NCBI GenBank assembly: GCA_964016885.1
Contig: OZ024743.1
Span: forward strand, 97,278,001-97,342,000
DNA length: 64,000 bases
Direction: 5' to 3'
DNA from: Eledone cirrhosa
Taxonomy: Eukaryota
Shown: one piece after another, positions 1 through 14,356 of the stretch
How the letters are laid out: each line of letters starts with the position of its first letter
Numbering within the stretch: position 1 is the stretch's first letter
The notes under the pieces: model-generated
The model's input: the letters and a program-made list of their open reading frames with translations, nothing else
The model's database searches: none
What the model was told of the DNA's origin: nothing
Translations under genes and position numbers: made by a program

Positions 1-110
1 GCATATTCGGGATCATAGGGACAAGGCGTACATATACAAATTAAAATACTCAATACTTGTAGAATGTGTGATGTAATTCAGAGACAAATTTTACAGAACT
101 AATTCCATTT

Positions 111-292
111 CGATTGGCAGTATCGGTAAAGGGTCTGACGCCATGCTTTGCAGCATAGAGTTACGGCCCTTTAAGGTCTGAGCTCAAATCTCGCCGAGGT
201 TAACTTTGCCTTTCGTCTATACGGGGTCGATAAAATAAAATACCAGTAATGCACTGGGCTAATTGCTGGCCTTGTGCCAAAAGTAGAAACAA
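111..292 (+). mobile_element. tRNA-derived SINE
   Basis: A-box-like TGGCAGTATCGG, B-box-like GCTCAAATC, core TTTGCCTTTC..GGGGTCGATAAAATAAA.TACCAG and tail GCTGGCCTTGTGCCAAAAGTAGAAAC. About a dozen copies in the window. Confidence 0.85.
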
Positions 293-382
293 AAGATTTT
301 TTTACACGTCATACAAATTTGACAGATCATTCCAGGTATCTATATTGTGTATGGCGTATATAGCAAGGTTATTTCGTACACG

Positions 383-597
383 GGTGGATGGCAGTATCGG
401 TAGAGCATCGGACACCATGTGTCACGGCAGAGAGTTACGGCCCAATACGTTCTCAGTTCAAATCCAGCAGAGGTTAGCTTTGCCTTTCATCCTTATGGGT
501 TCGATAAAATAAAGCACAATTGAGTATTGGGGTCGATTTAATCGACTTTCCCCTCCCCTTAAAATGGCTGGCCTTGTGCCTAGAGTAGAAACAATTA
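383..597 (+). mobile_element. tRNA-derived SINE (longer variant)
   Basis: Same head, core and tail, plus internal GGGGTCGATTTAATCGACTTTCCCCTCCCC. Confidence 0.85.
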
Positions 598-1025
598 TTT
601 CACACACGGAATCATCAGCACAAATATTCTCTAAGGAGCCTACAATAATGGAAGCAACTTCGGCAGAGGAAGAAACGTTTATCTTTATCTGGGTGCGGAG
701 AAATATTTCAAAGGGTGTATCTACATTGAGTTTAACTTATATATATATATATATATATATTCGATTTCATCTCTTTTTCTTTATACTTTCACTCGTGTAG
801 GACACCTCGGTTATTTTTCAATTTGTAAAAAAAACCTCACTTTCTAATATATATATATATATATATTTGTTGTTTACAAACTCGGGATGTTTGTTTACAA
901 ACACACCGAGCATTATAATAAATGTTCGGTAAATCCATACGTACATATATATATGTTTGCATGTATGTATATATATATACATACTACTGTACGTCTGTAT
1001 ACATATGTATGTACGTATATATACT

Positions 1026-1057
<32 letters not shown>

Positions 1058-1102
1058 CGTGTGTGTGCGTGTGTGTATGTAGATATATATATTATGTATA
1101 TG

Positions 1103-1135
<33 letters not shown>

Positions 1136-1148
1136 TTGTGTGTGTCTT

Positions 1149-1172
<24 letters not shown>

Positions 1173-1180
<8 letters not shown>

Positions 1181-1677
1181 TAACAGATTAAAGTTTAAGC
1201 AAGGAATCGCTGATTTCACCCTTAACGGGATCTTCTGAAACTACCAAAGTCAATCTGCGAACGCAGAAGTGAATATTTCAAAAAACGTTGCAACCGGAGG
1301 AAGACAGGAAGACGATACTTTGGTTCGTGGAAACGTTCCCTGGCAAAGAACGGGAAAAAACGAATATAATACGTCATTATTTGGAGCGGTGAAAAACAAT
1401 TACACGCAAAGACAAAACGACGTTTATAGTATAAAAGAACCAAAGTATCGTCTTCCTGTCTTCCTCCGGTTGCAACGTTTTTGAAATATCCACTTCTGCG
1501 TTCACAGATTGACTCTGTTAGTTTCAGAAGGTCCTGTTAAGGGTGAAAGCAGCGATTATTTGCTTAAACTTTAATCTGTTATTTTAATAAATATTTGCTC
1601 TACGGTTCTTATATATTTGATATACATTTATCCTTATCGAGCCCTCTTTGGATTTTAGTCTTCAAATTTATTATTGT

Positions 1678-1681
<4 letters not shown>
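1173..1681. mobile_element. Fold-back element with two outward-facing HHRs (CAGAAGA family), between (TA)n tracts
   Basis: Arms ~1173-1326 and ~1437-1589 are reverse complements, with a one-sided tail to 1681. HHR motifs at 1184-1257(-) and 1505-1578(+). Homologous to 15085, 41965 and 59265. Confidence 0.85.
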
Positions 1682-1715
<34 letters not shown>

Positions 1716-2712
1716 TCATATGTATGTTTGTGTTTATTTGTGAGTGTGTGCGGGTGTGTAAAGTTGTGTAGTGTGTCTGCAAGCAAGATTTGATTATAGT
1801 TAATTGTATATTTATTGCTAGCACTAAATATACAATTACTATGTTAATTTAGACGCCTATTTCATGCTTATTTTAACGGAAGAATGATATGTCGCACTTT
1901 AAACATGTTTAAACTTGAAGGTTTGTTTAATATGTACTTTTATAATTTACTCTTCATTTTGTCTAGCTTTCAAGTTTAATGTGTACTTTAAAATTCAGGT
2001 CATTTTATTTCATTGATCGTTAGGGGATGTATTTAGAATCAACCACCCGACCACTTTTTTATTAAGTTATATGCTTATATTTGAATACGAAATATATCAC
2101 TATAGGTGATTTAATTTCGTTGTCATTCCAAGTTCACCGTTACTATTAAAAGTTTCCTATTCAAAACATAATATCTTAAGTAACAGTCATTTACATAACC
2201 TTCAACCGTTGATTTAAATCCCTGCCGCATATATCTGAACACAAAAAGATCATTGCGATTCTTTACTAAATTTTAACTATAAATTAAATATATTCTTTAT
2301 CTCTAAAAAGCAGCTGTGAATCGTAAATGTTGCTAGGTTGTTGTTTTGTTTGTTTTCTTCTACCTGTACATAAAGGTTGTAGTAGTTTGAAATAGGTATT
2401 TCCTCCTACGTTAGAAAAGATACAACCATGTATTGAAACAGCTTCACTGTTGCCTTTCATTGAACCAGTAATGAGGAACACAAATAACGTCTATAACAAG
2501 AACTACTATGTGAGTATAATTGAAGGGGAAAGATGAATATCGAATATATCATATGGATATATATCTATATATTACTTTAAACCTTTTCTGAAAACATTTC
2601 AAATGAAAGACTGCCTATGTTTTGAGGATACAGCCGGATGAATTATAGACAGTTGCTTCTGATAGGCCCCTCATGAAGGCGCATGTGAGAACTCTGTTCT
2701 ATGGCTCTCCCA

Positions 2713-2782
2713 GGAAGAAGAAGAAGAAGAAGAAGAAGAAGAAGAAGAAGAAGAAGAAGAAGAAGAAGAAGAAGAAGAAGAA
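2713..2782. repeat. (GAA)n microsatellite
   Basis: Direct reading. Confidence 0.95.
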
Positions 2783-3374
2783 AAAGCTGTATTTTGTGGG
2801 GTTTAATAATATAACTAACTTTATTATTTTTAAGCTGTTGTTTGGAGAATACCAAAGGGTGGTCTCCTACTATCAAAAGTATTAATCTGAGAAATAATTA
2901 GGTGTGGGTCTTACCTGGTCAGGTACAGACACAAAACTAAATAGTTATGGTATGTTTGTCTATATAATATACAAATCTAGACTACGTCCAAATCAATTTA
3001 ATCAATTTAATGAAGATAGGAGCTGACAAAATGAAGGTATGTAGGCGTAGAATTCACCAATACCAACACAACAAAACACGTAAGGTGGTCAAAAGTGTGA
3101 GCAATGGGCTTAAAAATATAGAAATTGACTCAGGAACAGCGCATAAATGACACACATGATTCACACTACATTCCTTACTTCATACACAAAAACATGCAAC
3201 TATCATTGAAAGTTCTCAACATGATATTCTGAAGTAATTGAATTAATGGGAGACAGCGTGTCTTACATTATGGGGACATTTGCATATATTTGTATGACAT
3301 TTGTGTCATTTTGAGAGAAAAAAAATATTCAGATTGTTCAAGGAGAATATGGAAGAAATTTAAGTTACCGACAC

Positions 3375-3445
<71 letters not shown>

Positions 3446-3461
3446 GTTTATAATTATGTGA

Positions 3462-3500
<39 letters not shown>

Positions 3501-3574
3501 TATCTCCAGACATGCAACAACGGATATAAATCACATTAAATGAAATAATATCAACCAATGACATCCATTTTATT

Positions 3575-3704
3575 AGAAAGAGAGAGAGAGAAAGAGAGAG
3601 AAAGAGTGGAAGAGAGACAGAGATAGATAGAACGAGAGGGGGTGAGAGAGACAGAGATAGAGCGAGAGAGATAGATAGAGAGAGAGGGAGACAGAGATAG
3701 AGAG

Positions 3705-3754
<50 letters not shown>

Positions 3755-3840
3755 TGATAGATAGATAGATAGAGAGAGCGAGCGATAGAGAGCGAAAGAG
3801 GAAGAAAGAGACAGTGATAGATAGATAGATAGATAGATAG

Positions 3841-3871
<31 letters not shown>

Positions 3872-3970
3872 AAGAGATAGAAAGACCGAGAGACAGAGAT
3901 AGACAGAGAGCGAGAGAGAGGGAGCGAGAGAGGGAGACAGGGAGAGTGAGAGTGAGAGAGAGAGAGATAA
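3575..3970. repeat. Compound (GA)n/(GATA)n simple repeat
   Basis: Direct reading. Confidence 0.95.
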
Positions 3971-4491
3971 GGTAGAATATGTCTGCTGTGGGAAACAATT
4001 TAACTCAACACAATACTATAATACATTCAACATATAACAGTAAATTCGCAAGTTAAATGGTTCCAAACTATTGATCATTTAACTATATCTTATCCAACAT
4101 TCAATGGTTTTTTTGCCCATTATCTGCAAGTAAAGCAGTTGGCTTCCATAAAAATTTCTCTATCTTTCATTTTACTTCTTGGCTTTTCGAAAAATTTATA
4201 TAAATTTTTAAAAAATAGAAATGTTTCTTAACCTTTATGATGTTTTCTTATTATACGTTTTACGCTGTTTCGTTTTGTTATCAAATTAACGCTTTAATAC
4301 AAAATATGTCGCCTGCTGTTGAAACAACGCACACACACTTTCATATGTATGTGTACAAACATATATATATATATATATATAAAACATACACACACACACA
4401 CAGATAGATATACACGCGCATGTATATAATTTCAATATTCTAACACCGGGTGGGATAATTTGTTTAAAACATAAAAGTTATATATATATAA

Positions 4492-4589
<98 letters not shown>

Positions 4590-4741
4590 GTTTGAGTTTG
4601 AATTATTTTTTTTCCACATCTTACGTTAACTATTTTCCCATTTTGACGCTATAGTCACTTATATATTATGGAATACTGTTGGCTTTTTGCTACAATACTT
4701 TCTATACGTTTCATTTATATATATAATATATATATATATAT

Positions 4742-4844
<103 letters not shown>

Positions 4845-4877
4845 TCTTTATATATATATAACTTTTATGTTTTAAAC

Positions 4878-4926
<49 letters not shown>

Positions 4927-4944
4927 ATATATATATATATAATA

Positions 4945-6708
4945 TTAAGGATACTATTTATGGTTATGTATATATCAACACTTTTTATAGTTATATATAT
5001 TTTAAACCTTAAACAGTGAAGGTCAGTAATTTATTACTATCTTATTACCAGTAAGATAGATAGCTCAATGTAATAACATCAGTTGTTCTACAGAGCAGTT
5101 ATATAGAATTCACAAGAATCAAAGCTATGTTCAAAGCATCATCACCACTTCTAACACCACACCTCAAGGGCACACCTTACACCACCACTCCACACACTCT
5201 GATCCACCCTATCTCGCCACAAATCATTCCATCTATCTATAACTTTATACCTTAGAAATATCCCCATAAACACCTACTTTTATTATAATTTCTTTCAATT
5301 ACTTATAATTATATAGTGATACAATACAGTCTATATAAGCATTAAATACCAGATTCGACAATGAATTATTTATGCAATTGTATTTATATGTATGGAGTGA
5401 TAACATTGGATATATATAAGATTAACTTATTAACATAAGAAATCTGTATAACTTATATGTTGAGTGCAATGAATTATGTATGAATAGTCTGTGAGTTGTA
5501 TATGCATGTATAACTTGATGGATAGATTAATGAGATTGTAAATGAGGGATGTTTTTGTCTGCCCTAGAGATGTATTTGGCTTTGCCATGCAATCAGCCAT
5601 ACGCTGCTCTAGAACTTACCAGGGGTTATGTAGACATAATTCTAATAGGTCCCCTGACATGTTCTGTGAGTAGACTACATTTGCAAAGAACTTTGATATA
5701 AAGATATGGCTCTTTGTATGGAATATTCAGTTGTAGCACTGTATGATAGGGAGTAATCATCCTAATATAAATACCTTTAGTACATCATGATAGAGTAAAC
5801 TGTATTTAAAATTGGAAACTGGATATAAATATATAACCGTCTATATAAGGGACTCAATTGAGACGCCTTAAAATGTATGTTAGAACAATGAATTTAGTTA
5901 TGGAAATCAGCTAGTTACCTCCCTTTACGCATTAACTCCCCTTAATTACACGCATACTTCTGGATAATAAACCACTGTAAATTCTCACAGCAGAATCAAC
6001 CTATTCTATAAAATTGGATTAAATAACACTGAGCCGCAATAAGCTAAAATAATTTAATTTAATGCATCAAACATCCAATACGGAATCATCGTTACTTATG
6101 TGATGGATGTAAAAACTATATATTACTTTTCCTGAATGTGAAAATGGTGGCGGATATGGAAACCATAACTTTCTTTTGCTTCTCCTTTTTATTTTTATTT
6201 TTCGGCACACTTACTTTTTTATTATATACAAAAAATACCTTACCACTACAACCTCCATAATACTCTTACTTACCCGCTTAAAGTGCTTGTATTACATGTA
6301 ACACACTGCCACACAATAATCATATATAAATGAGACACACTTGCATACCCCACGTGTAACTAACGCATACACTAACTACTACATCTGACTAACAAACTAT
6401 CCTCTTGCATTATCTATGTTAACTGCCGAATGTATTTTAATTTTGTATTTTAATTTTGTTTTAATTTTGTTTTAATTTTAATTTTGATTTTGATTTTGAA
6501 TTTGAATTGCTGTACAAATATAGTATAGTATAATATATGTCACTCCACTGTACATCAATATATACATATGTATCTGTATGTCTCTTGCGTTGGAAAGGAG
6601 GTCAATTATGGGTACAAACATTGACAAATGCTCCGAAGACTCGAAGCCTAGTTTGGATGAAACAATTGTAAGTGAATAAATGCTTTGAACGAACATAGCT
6701 TTGATTCT

Positions 6709-6718
<10 letters not shown>
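4945..6718. mobile_element. Degenerate Penelope-like relic with short inverted ends and HHR
   Basis: 5105-5139 is the reverse complement of ~6680-6718. 4945-5139 is homologous to 31810-31980. HHR-like motif at 6629-6674 (CCGAAGA...GAAACAATTGTA). Confidence 0.6.
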
Positions 6719-6789
<71 letters not shown>

Positions 6790-6870
6790 TAAAACGAAGG
6801 AATTGTGGTAAGGAACCAGATGGACCATAACGCACCAGAGTACTCAATACTTAGGGTAGTAGAGTGGGAG

Positions 6871-6927
<57 letters not shown>

Positions 6928-6997
6928 AAGTAAGTATGTTTTGAAACAGTGAGTAGATTTGAAATTACAAAATAGAATAGCTTTCACCGTATTTTTT

Positions 6998-7145
6998 TAC
7001 TAAAGAAATTGTAGCCTGATAATAGGGTTTCGAACCCTCAGAGAAATGGAAAAAGATGAGTATTGACGTACATGTACGTCAATACTCATCTTTTACCATT
7101 CGTTTGAGGGTTCTAAACCCCATTATCAGGCTACAATTTCTTTAG

Positions 7146-7147
<2 letters not shown>
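6998..7147. repeat. ~150-bp spacerless palindrome between (TA)n tracts
   Basis: Centre GACGTACATGTACGTC; arms TACTAAAGAAATTGTAGCCTGATAAT / ATTATCAGGCTACAATTTCTTTAGTA. Confidence 0.9.
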
Positions 7148-7242
<95 letters not shown>

Positions 7243-7281
7243 CATATATATACATGTATATATATATACATATACATATAT

Positions 7282-7682
7282 ATATTAATATGTGTAGAAA
7301 TAAATACATAAACCCGTGTCTAAAATTACGAGGGTAGATTACGAGGTGTTATGTAACATTTAGTCTTATCTCCTGCTGACGAAATGCCTACGGATTACTT
7401 ATTACAAACACGATTCATTCAGGGCGAAACAGATTAAATCTTTAGTCTGTCTGGGAGATGAAATGGTTATTGATATGGTATGTATGGGAAATCATGTAAG
7501 AAATCTTGTAACATCCCATATGATTCAGGTTGAATGATATATAACATTTGTGGTGTAATCTACCCTCGTAATTTTAGACACGGGTTTACTCTGTTTTCTT
7601 CTACACATATTAATATTATAATGCTCAGTATTTATACTTTGAGTTTGTTAATTGCAGGGTATCTATATGAGTTATTAACTCT
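7282..7682. mobile_element. Inverted-repeat element enclosing one HHR
   Basis: Arms 7282-7342 and 7556-7616, tail to ~7682, (TA)n on both sides. Confidence 0.8.
7368..7459 (+). ncRNA. Type I hammerhead ribozyme with long stem III
   Basis: Stem I ATCTCCTG/TGGGAGAT; core CTGACGA; GCC(T)/AGGGC stem II after a 3-nt insertion; GAAA; stem III ACAGATTAAA/TTTAGTCTGT; GUC site at 7451. Confidence 0.7.
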
Positions 7683-7695
7683 ATATATTATTTAC

Positions 7696-7808
<113 letters not shown>

Positions 7809-7859
7809 TATATATAGATATATATATTTATGTATATATATTTATGTATATATATATTA

Positions 7860-8595
7860 CTTAACCCGACGGAGGAGGATCTCGGACTTACCCTTGTTAG
7901 GTTTGATGCCGAGTGCTGTATGCCTGGAATGAAAAGTGTTGTGAAAACTGAGACATGTCCCTCCCAAGGAAGCCAGCGCACTGCGTTGTACATGGAAACG
8001 GATTTCCAGTGATGCAGGGGGAAGAGTTGAGGTATCACTGGGGCCGTGTTCACGAGTTATGGAAGACTGGAGACTGAATTAAGTGCAATAATTGCAGGAG
8101 CTGGTGCAGCAGTGTACAAACTTCTGCATTCAGTAATCAGAAGAAGGTAGGCTGGTGTAAATCCAAATTGCTATCTTCAATTTGGTATTCGTGCCAACCC
8201 ATACCTATGGTCATGAAGCTTGGGTAATGTCTGAAAGAATACGATCAGAAATACGATTGGGTCTTCACGAAGAATACATAACTCAGAGATCAGAGAGTCA
8301 CTCTAGGTAGAGCAGCTATTTCTCTGAATTGAGAGAGCACAGCTCCGATATTACGGGCATGTAGTTAAAATGTTTCAAGAAAGAATCTCAGATTTTATGG
8401 TTAAATCCAAACGGCAGAAGACCCAGATGTAGAGCCAGAGCAAGATATTTAGATAACATCTATGAGCTTGGCTGGTCTCGCTTAGGGATCCAGTCGGATC
8501 AGTTGGAGACAGTTCTTTGTGACAGGACCCGCTAGTAGAAGTATTGGAGGACTCTGCCCTCAAGAACTTCTCAGGAATAAGTGGGTGAAGAAGAA
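7860..8595 (+). mobile_element. Degenerate RTE-like LINE 3' fragment
   Basis: Segment at ~8203 translates TYGHEAWVMSERIRSEI, the RTE post-RT YG.E.W motif. Many stops and frameshifts. Confidence 0.6.
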
Positions 8596-8811
8596 GTTTT
8601 ATTTACATTAATTTATAAATCTACTTTTCATAAGTTTCATGATTTTCAAAAGATAAGAGTGATGGTGATATATATAGCTATGCTGACTTGCAAGGCGCAT
8701 AGCTATACATTTCTCCATGTCTCGTAACTTTTGAATATAAACTTGTGAAACCGGTAAAAAGTTATAAACTATTGTAAATAAATCTACATAAGACACTAAT
8801 TTCATCCACCC

Positions 8812-8878
<67 letters not shown>

Positions 8879-9068
8879 ACCTAGACTCAGTGTCACCCTT
8901 TGTACGAAATAGCAATGACAATGGAGGTGAACAGGAATATGGATGTTTTTCTTCATTTTCCCTTGATATTTATATTTCATTTTTATTTTTCGTGTGCTGT
9001 TTACACACACACACACACACACACATACACACACACATACACACACACACGCACGCACACGCACACAC

Positions 9069-9105
<37 letters not shown>

Positions 9106-9514
9106 TACACACACATATTTATTCTTATGCGTCACAGAGTGATTGTGTGCAATTTATATCTTCCTGATATATTAAAATTAAGAAAGAGATGTGGAGAGAA
9201 ATTGACACAGTTAGATATGTAGATAGTTTGTGAGGGAGAATATTTGTTAATGATATTTGGAGAGAAAAATATGAAGAAATATAGAATTCAATTACACTTG
9301 GAAAAATAATACAGTTTTTCATTCATCTGCTATATACCTACTAATACACATATGTTTTCACATAAAAAACATATATTTCGTTATCTGATAACACTAAACA
9401 TTACGTATCTCACATACATTCAAACTAGCGAATTATTATAAAATTCCTAGTCTGAAATTCTTAGTTCTGACGACATGTGTTCCAATTGTTCGACAATAAA
9501 ATAGCTCCCTTCTC

Positions 9515-9740
9515 AAATTATCGTGCAAGTGGCTGAGCATTCTTCATATCCGTTCAGCTTTAACATTGTTTTTAGCCGATCAATACGCAGAGTATGAAAA
9601 GTTACCCTTTGTTTTTAAAAGGTGACTGGACTGGAGCAACGTAAAATGAAACGTCTTGCTCAAGGACGCAACGCTTAGCCGGTAATCAAACACATGACGT
9701 TGTGATCATGAGCCAAGGACCGTAACTCCTAAGTCATGTC
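9515..9740 (+). mobile_element. Old SINE-like dispersed repeat
   Basis: CGTGCAAGTGGCTGAGCA...GACTGGAGCAACG...TCTTGCTCAAGGAC motifs, recognised from memory as a common cephalopod repeat. Confidence 0.45.
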
Positions 9741-9783
9741 CCAGAAGGGAAATATACACCAATACAAATACATGCACACACAA

Positions 9784-9836
<53 letters not shown>

Positions 9837-10124
9837 TATCGTTCACCTATTGAATGAAGGGTTTTATTTCAACCGTGTTTAAATAAGCTTTAATGTTTTT
9901 ATGCCAAGCCCTGCACTATTTTCTTCTGGTGCACAACTCGTCATATTGCGTTTATTATTATTCATTTTATCTCTACGTATTATTCACATACTTAATGCCT
10001 GTCATAATATTTTCATTCCTCTCTATTTCACGCTCTATACTACCCTGTATATTCTATTCAATCGAATTGAGCACGCCACCTGCTCTTTATTTAGCACCGA
10101 TCGCTCAATAAATATTATAGACAA

Positions 10125-10311
10125 TTTGAAGGAAGACCACGAAAAACATGGGCGGAGGTGGTGAGAGCAGACCTCAGATCGCTGAAGGTCACTGAGGAGA
10201 TGACGAAGGACAGTGACAATTAGAGAGATGCTGTGCTGAATAGGACCCGTCCCACCCTTGCAAGCAGGGAAAAGCGGACGTAAAATGATGATGATGATGA
10301 TGATGATGATA
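10125..10311 (+). mobile_element. RTE-like LINE 3' end with (TGA)n tail
   Basis: GGAAGACCACGAAAAACATGG (GRPRKTW) followed by a short-repeat tail. Confidence 0.55.
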
Positions 10312-10616
10312 ATTTCCTATTCATCTTTCTCTTTGTAAATATCATTAGGTTTATATATATATAAAGTAATCTCTCCAGATGCAGGTGACCTAACCTGACA
10401 TGTATATTATATTGAAGATTAGAGTCTTGACCACGAATCTTGTGGTATCAGTGTGTTTTCTCTTGCTTCTATGAGAAAGCTTGAGAGAAAAATGTGCAGA
10501 GCTTTCTGCCGAAATTAAATTATACATCCTCAATAAAGTTACGCAGCATCTTATCAAACATCGAGTACTACATTAATTTATAAGTCTTGCCGGTCTTGGC
10601 AACATATACATTCCTT

Positions 10617-10704
<88 letters not shown>

Positions 10705-10884
10705 GCACACACTCATATATTTATGTATATATATCTTATTTCTTGAGTCATCTCTGTTTCGATGGTGAATTTTTCAACTCGCTTTTGATATGCCAGAAAA
10801 AAAAAATGTTGACGAACCAACGGAGAAGCTACCATTCCTTTGTCCTATATCTCATAGATTACAGTTAAATGTTCTTCAAATCAT

Positions 10885-11062
10885 TATTCGGTAGAGGGTA
10901 GGACGCCATGCTTTGCAGCATAGTGTTACGCCCCTTTACGATCTGAGTTCAAATCCCGCCGAGGTTAACTTTGCCTTTCGTCCTTATGGGGGTCGATAAA
11001 ATAAAATACCAGTAATACACTGAGATAATTGCTGGCCTTTTGCCAAAAGTAGAAACAATTAT
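10885..11062 (+). mobile_element. tRNA-derived SINE
   Basis: B box GTTCAAATCC, family core and tail. Confidence 0.85.
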
Positions 11063-11137
11063 ATCCCCTAAAAAAAACGGATGCATTGAAAAGTAAAATA
11101 TAGTCCTAGAGACATTTGCCTGAGTTACGGTCGGGTT

Positions 11138-14016
11138 GGTCACAGCTGTAATGTTATAGGTCACAGTTGTAACACTAGGTCACAGCTGTAATGTTATAGG
11201 TCACAGTTGTAACACTAGGTCACAGCTGTAATGTTATAGGTCACAGTTGTAACACTAGGTCATAGCTGTAATGTTATAGGTTACAGTTGTAACACTAGGT
11301 CACAGCTGTAATGTTATAGGTCACAGTTGTAACACTAGGTCACAGCTGTAATGTTATAGGTCACAGTTGTAACACTAGGTCATAGCTGTAATGTTATAGG
11401 TCACAGTTGTAACACTAGGTCACAGCTGTAATGTTATAGGTAATAGTTGTAACACTAGGTCACAGCTGTAATGTTATAGGTTACAGTTGTAACACTAGGT
11501 CACAGCTGTAATGTTATAGGTTACAGTTGTAACACTAGGTCACAGCTGTAATGTTATAGGTAACAGTTGTAACACTAGGTCACAGCTGTAATGTTATAGG
11601 TCACAGTTGTAACACTAGGTCACAGCTGTAATGTTATAGGTCACAGTTGTAACACTAGGTCACAGCTGTAATGTTATAGGTCACAGTTGTAACACTAGGT
11701 CACAGCTGTAATGTTATAGGTTACAGTTGTAACACTAGGTCACAGCTGTAATGTTATAGGTCACAGTTGTAACACTATAGGTTACAAATGTAACACTATA
11801 GGTCACAGCTGTAACGCTATAGGTCACAGCTATAACACTATAGGTCACAGTTGTAATACTATAGGTCACAGCTGTAACACTATAGGTCATAGCTGTAACA
11901 CTATAGGTGACAGCTGTAACACTATACGTCACAGTCGTAACACTATGTCACAGTTGTAACACTATAGGTCACAGCTGTAACACTATAGGTCACAGCTGTA
12001 ACACTATAGGTGACAGCTATAACACTATAGGTGACAGCTGTAACACTATAGGTGACAGCTGTAACACTATAGGTGACAGCTGTAACACTACAGGTGACAG
12101 CTGTAACACTATAGGAGACAGATGCAAAACTATAGGTACACTGTAACACTACAGGTCACAGATGTAACACTATAGATGACAGCTGTAACACTATAGGTCA
12201 CAGTTGTAACACAATGTCACAGTTGTATCACAATAGGTCACAGCTGTAACACAATAGGTCGCAGCTGTAACACTATAGGTGACAGCTGTAACACTATAGG
12301 TCACAGGTGTAACACTATAGGTGACAGCTGTAACACTATAGGTCACAGCTGTAACGCTATAGGTGACAGCTGTAACACCATAGCTGACAGCTGTAACACT
12401 ATAGGTGACAGCTGTAACACTATAGGTGACAACTGTAACACTATACATCACAGCCGTAACACTATAGGTGACAGCTGTAACACTATAGGTGACAGCTGTA
12501 ACACTATAGGTGACAGCTGTAACACTACAGGTCACAGCTGTAATACTATAGGTCACAGCTGTAACACTATAGGTCAAAGTTGTAACACTAGGTCACAGTT
12601 GTAACACTAGAGGTGAAGGCTGTAACACTATAGGTCACCGCTGTAACACTAAATGTCACAGCTGTAAAACTATAGGTCACAGCTGTAACACTATAGGTGA
12701 CAGATGTAACATTATAGGTTACGCCGTAAAATTATAGGCGACACCTGTAACACTATAGGTGATAGCTGTAACACTATAGGTCATATCTGTAACACTATAG
12801 GTTACAGCTGTAACACGATAGGTGACAGCTGTAACACTATAGGTCACAGCTGTAACACTATAGATCACAGCTGTAACACTACAGATCACAGCTGTAACAC
12901 TATAGGTGACAGCTGTAACACTATAGGTGACATATGTAACACTATAGGTCACAGCTGTAACAGTATAGGCGACATCTGTAACACTATAGGTGACATCTGT
13001 AACAGTATAGGTGACATCTGTGACACTATAGGTGACATCTGTAACAGTATAGGTGTCATCTGTGACACTATATGTCACAGCTGTAACTCTATAGGTCACA
13101 GCTGTAACACTATAGGTGACAGCTGTAACACTGTACGTCACACTGTAACACTATAGGTCACAGCTGTAACACTGTAGGTTACAGCTGTAACACTATAGGT
13201 GACAGCTGTAACACTGTACGTCACACTGTAACACTATAGGTCACATCTGTAACACTGTAGGTGACAGCTGTAACACTATAGGTCCCACTGTAACACTATA
13301 GGTTACAGCTGTAACACTATAGGTCACAGCTGTAACACTATATGTTACAGCTGTAACACTAGCTCACACTGTAACACTATAGGTCACAGCTGTAACACTG
13401 TGGGTGACAGCTGTAACGCTACATGTGACAGCTGTAACACTATAGGTCACAGCTGTAACACTGTAAGTGACAGCTGTAACACTGTAGGTGACAGCTGTAA
13501 CACTGTAGGTTACAGCTGTAACACTATAGGTCACAGCTGTTACACTATATGTTACAGCTGTAACACTATAGGTCACACTGTAACACTATAGGTCGCACTG
13601 TAACACTATAGGTTACCCTGTAACACTGTAGGTTACAACAGCTGTAACACTATAGGTCACAGCTGTAACACTATAGGTCATACTGTAACACTGTAGGTGA
13701 CAGCTGTAACACTGTAGGTCACACTGTAACACTATAGGTCACACTGTAACACTATATATCACAGCTGTAACACTGTAGGTGACAGCTGTAACACTGTAGG
13801 TCACAGCTGTAACACTGTAGGTGACATCTGTAACAATGTAGGTCATAGCTGTAACACTATAGGTCACAGCTGTAACACTATAGGTGACAGCTGAAACACT
13901 ATAGCTCACTGCTGTACCACTATAGGTCACAGCTGTAACACTGTAGGTGTCATCTGTAACACTGTAGGTCACAGCTGTATCACTATAGGTCACACTGTAA
14001 CACTGTAGGTTACAGC
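11138..14016. repeat. Minisatellite, 21-bp unit GGTCACAGCTGTAACACTATA, with a 40-bp higher-order block at the left end
   Basis: Direct reading; 11138-11760 alternates 21- and 19-bp variants. Confidence 0.95.
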
Positions 14017-14107
14017 CATACTGTTGCTTCACTATCCTAAGTATAAACGTTAAACTCGCCATTTATTTTCGCTCTCATAAGAAAAGAGAAATTGATAAAA
14101 AGTAATT

Positions 14108-14267
14108 GTTATGACGACCACGCGGATGATGATGATTGTGACGATGGTGATGATGATGATGATGATGGTGGTGCCGGTGATAGTGATAGTAGTAACGGTG
14201 AAGAAGAAGAAAAAGATGATGATGATAATGATGATGATGATGATGACGGTGATGATTGTGATAATGG

Positions 14268-14302
<35 letters not shown>

Positions 14303-14356
14303 ATGATGATGACAACAACGAGGATGAGGAAAGGAAAATGGAGATGATGACGATGC
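14108..14356. repeat. Imperfect (GAT)n repeat
   Basis: Direct reading. Confidence 0.9.

Noticed and set aside
2396-2509. Possible 114-bp plus-strand exon ending at GTGAGT
   Set aside because: Weak acceptor, no partner exon, no recognisable peptide.
7005-7055. HHR-like CTGATAA with GGGTT/AACCC stem
   Set aside because: C3-A8 mismatch, damaged GAAA, no stem I, and orientation opposite to the other fold-backs; not counted.
11138-11760. Regular 40-bp periodicity suggesting a CRISPR array
   Set aside because: No unique spacers, no cas genes, eukaryotic context.
11735-14062. VTYSVTA heptad ORFs resembling antifreeze or mucin-like proteins
   Set aside because: Product of a 21-bp minisatellite; 19-bp units repeatedly break the frame, and there is no gene context.
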